Origin: Lytechinus pictus
Lineage: Eukaryota
Direction: 5' to 3'
DNA: 64,000 bases
Assembly (NCBI RefSeq): GCF_037042905.1
Contig: NC_087251.1
Location: 19,284,001 to 19,348,000 of the forward strand
Shown: positions 62,602 through 64,000 of the stretch, piece by piece
Numbering within the stretch: position 1 is the first letter of the stretch
How the letters are laid out: each line of letters starts with the position of its first letter
Notes under the pieces: model-generated
What the model was told of the DNA's origin: nothing
Databases searched by the model: none
What the model saw: only the letters and a program-made list of their open reading frames with translations
Position numbers and translations under genes: made by a program

Positions 62602-63168
62602 CTGCAAAGAGAAATAAAGAATATAGAAAGGAAAATTCATTAAGCATCAAGAATGATTATATTTTAGAGGTAAATTAAATTTATTAAAATCACATACACA
62701 TAAATAAAAAGGAACAAATCTTAAAGCTAAGAGCAGGGGAGAGGGAGAGAGAATGCAAATGAGAAGGAAGAAACTAGAAATGACAGAAAAGAAGGAGAAA
62801 TTAAGATAAAATAATAAAAATCTAAGCTTATATCAAAAGATGCATGTAACTAAACCAAAGATAAGTCTTTTATAAAACTGAGAATAGTTAATTCAAATAT
62901 TTACAGTGGGTGTTAACATGTTTAATATACAGGGCTTAGAAAGAATTCATCAAATAACTATTCGAAAGTATGTCATTGACATTTAATAAATCACAATAAC
63001 TTAATCAGATGTTCATCTTTACGCAATTCCCTGTGATAAAAATGTAGGTTAGAAATAGATTCTCCCCCTTTACAATCTTAAACCAGCTGCCAATAAATCC
63101 TAATCCATAGTGGAAAACTATGATGGGCTGTCAATGCATTCTAATTCAATTCTATGAAAAGTATTATA

Positions 63169-63975
63169 CAGTGCGTCCCAGAAAAAACGAAACCGAGATT
63201 TATCGATGATTTATCATAACTTAATCACAAATACAATAGACAAGTTACCTACCATTGTAAAGCTTTGAATCTCCTCTTTCATCTGAAATTAGTTAGATTA
63301 TTTCTCATTCACGCATGAGTAAGCAAAAAAAAAGCAAAAATTCACCTGGCGGGCTGTATCGAAGTTTCAAAAAGAAAACCACATTTCAAAAAAATTCAAT
63401 ATCTGCTCTTTAATTTGATACCTTAATTACAGAAAATGGTCAAGAAATAACAAAGTTCTGCTTGTTTGAAATAAAGCTTGAATTTCAATGATTTCATAAA
63501 ATGAAGAGGTTTTACAGGCTAGCATTCACAGTCACTCAACACTCCGTTTTCTTGAGGATCAGCCATGCATTAAGTCTTTTGTTAACCGTGCGATAGCTTC
63601 TGTGGGAAACTGGTGAAAACACGTTTATTTAATGAAATTATGGAAATACAAGCATTGATTCAAGGGAACAGAACTTTTTTACTTCTTGACCATTTTCTGT
63701 GATTAAGGTATCAAATAAAAGAGCAGATATTGAACTTTTTAGGAATGTGATTTTCTTTTTGAAATTCAGATACCCCCCCGCCAAATGATTTTTTGGTATC
63801 CTTTCTTCAAATTGTTTTTGCTCACTCATGCGTAAATGCGGAATAATCTAAGTAATTTCAGATGAAAGAGGAGATTCTAAGCTTTACAATGGTAGGTCAC
63901 TTGTCTATTGTATTTGTGATTAAGTTATGATAAATCATCCATAAATCTCGGTTTCGTTTTTTGTGGGACGCACTG
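63169..63975. mobile_element. Tc1/mariner-type MITE with ~330-bp terminal inverted repeats in a Bcl11 intron
   Basis: TA|cagtgcgtccca..aaaaacgaaaccgagatttat and ataaatctcggtttcgtttttt..tgggacgcactg|TA; arms align over roughly 330 bp. Confidence 0.92.
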
Positions 63976-64000
63976 TATAGAATTTATACACTGGGTGTCA

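Noticed and set aside
62602..62650. N-terminus MMLNEFSFLYSLFLFA of the 753-aa ORF
   Set aside because: Intronic polypyrimidine tract upstream of the splice acceptor.

Overview
AT-rich eukaryotic (animal) genomic DNA with spliceosomal introns. The repeat families and gene content suggest an echinoderm, probably a sea urchin (inference). Three protein-coding loci, all on the minus strand: (1) a short RVxF + ankyrin-repeat gene resembling PPP1R27 (1484..2332); (2) a 28-exon gene (7605..42606) assembled by hand with every intron phase compatible, encoding a ~2945-aa single-pass receptor: signal peptide, a 4-kb first exon with three copies of an unrecognised 8-cysteine acidic helical module interleaved with Ser/Trp tandem repeats, Cys-rich DCxGxCxG repeats, two IPT/TIG-like domains, REJ-like region, GAIN/GPS (HL|T), one TM helix and a PPxY-rich tail; (3) the terminal coding exon of Bcl11 (60389..62601) with a probable multi-kb 3'UTR. 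Non-coding DNA holds a 5'-truncated CR1/L2-group LINE, tRNA-derived SINEs, Tc1/mariner-, hAT-, Kolobok- and Helentron-type non-autonomous elements and microsatellites. The two best candidates for novelty are the exon-1 module of the REJ/GPS receptor and a short retroposon with a 7SL-RNA (Alu-domain)-like head at 19471..19638. No database searches were possible; family assignments come from motif recognition.
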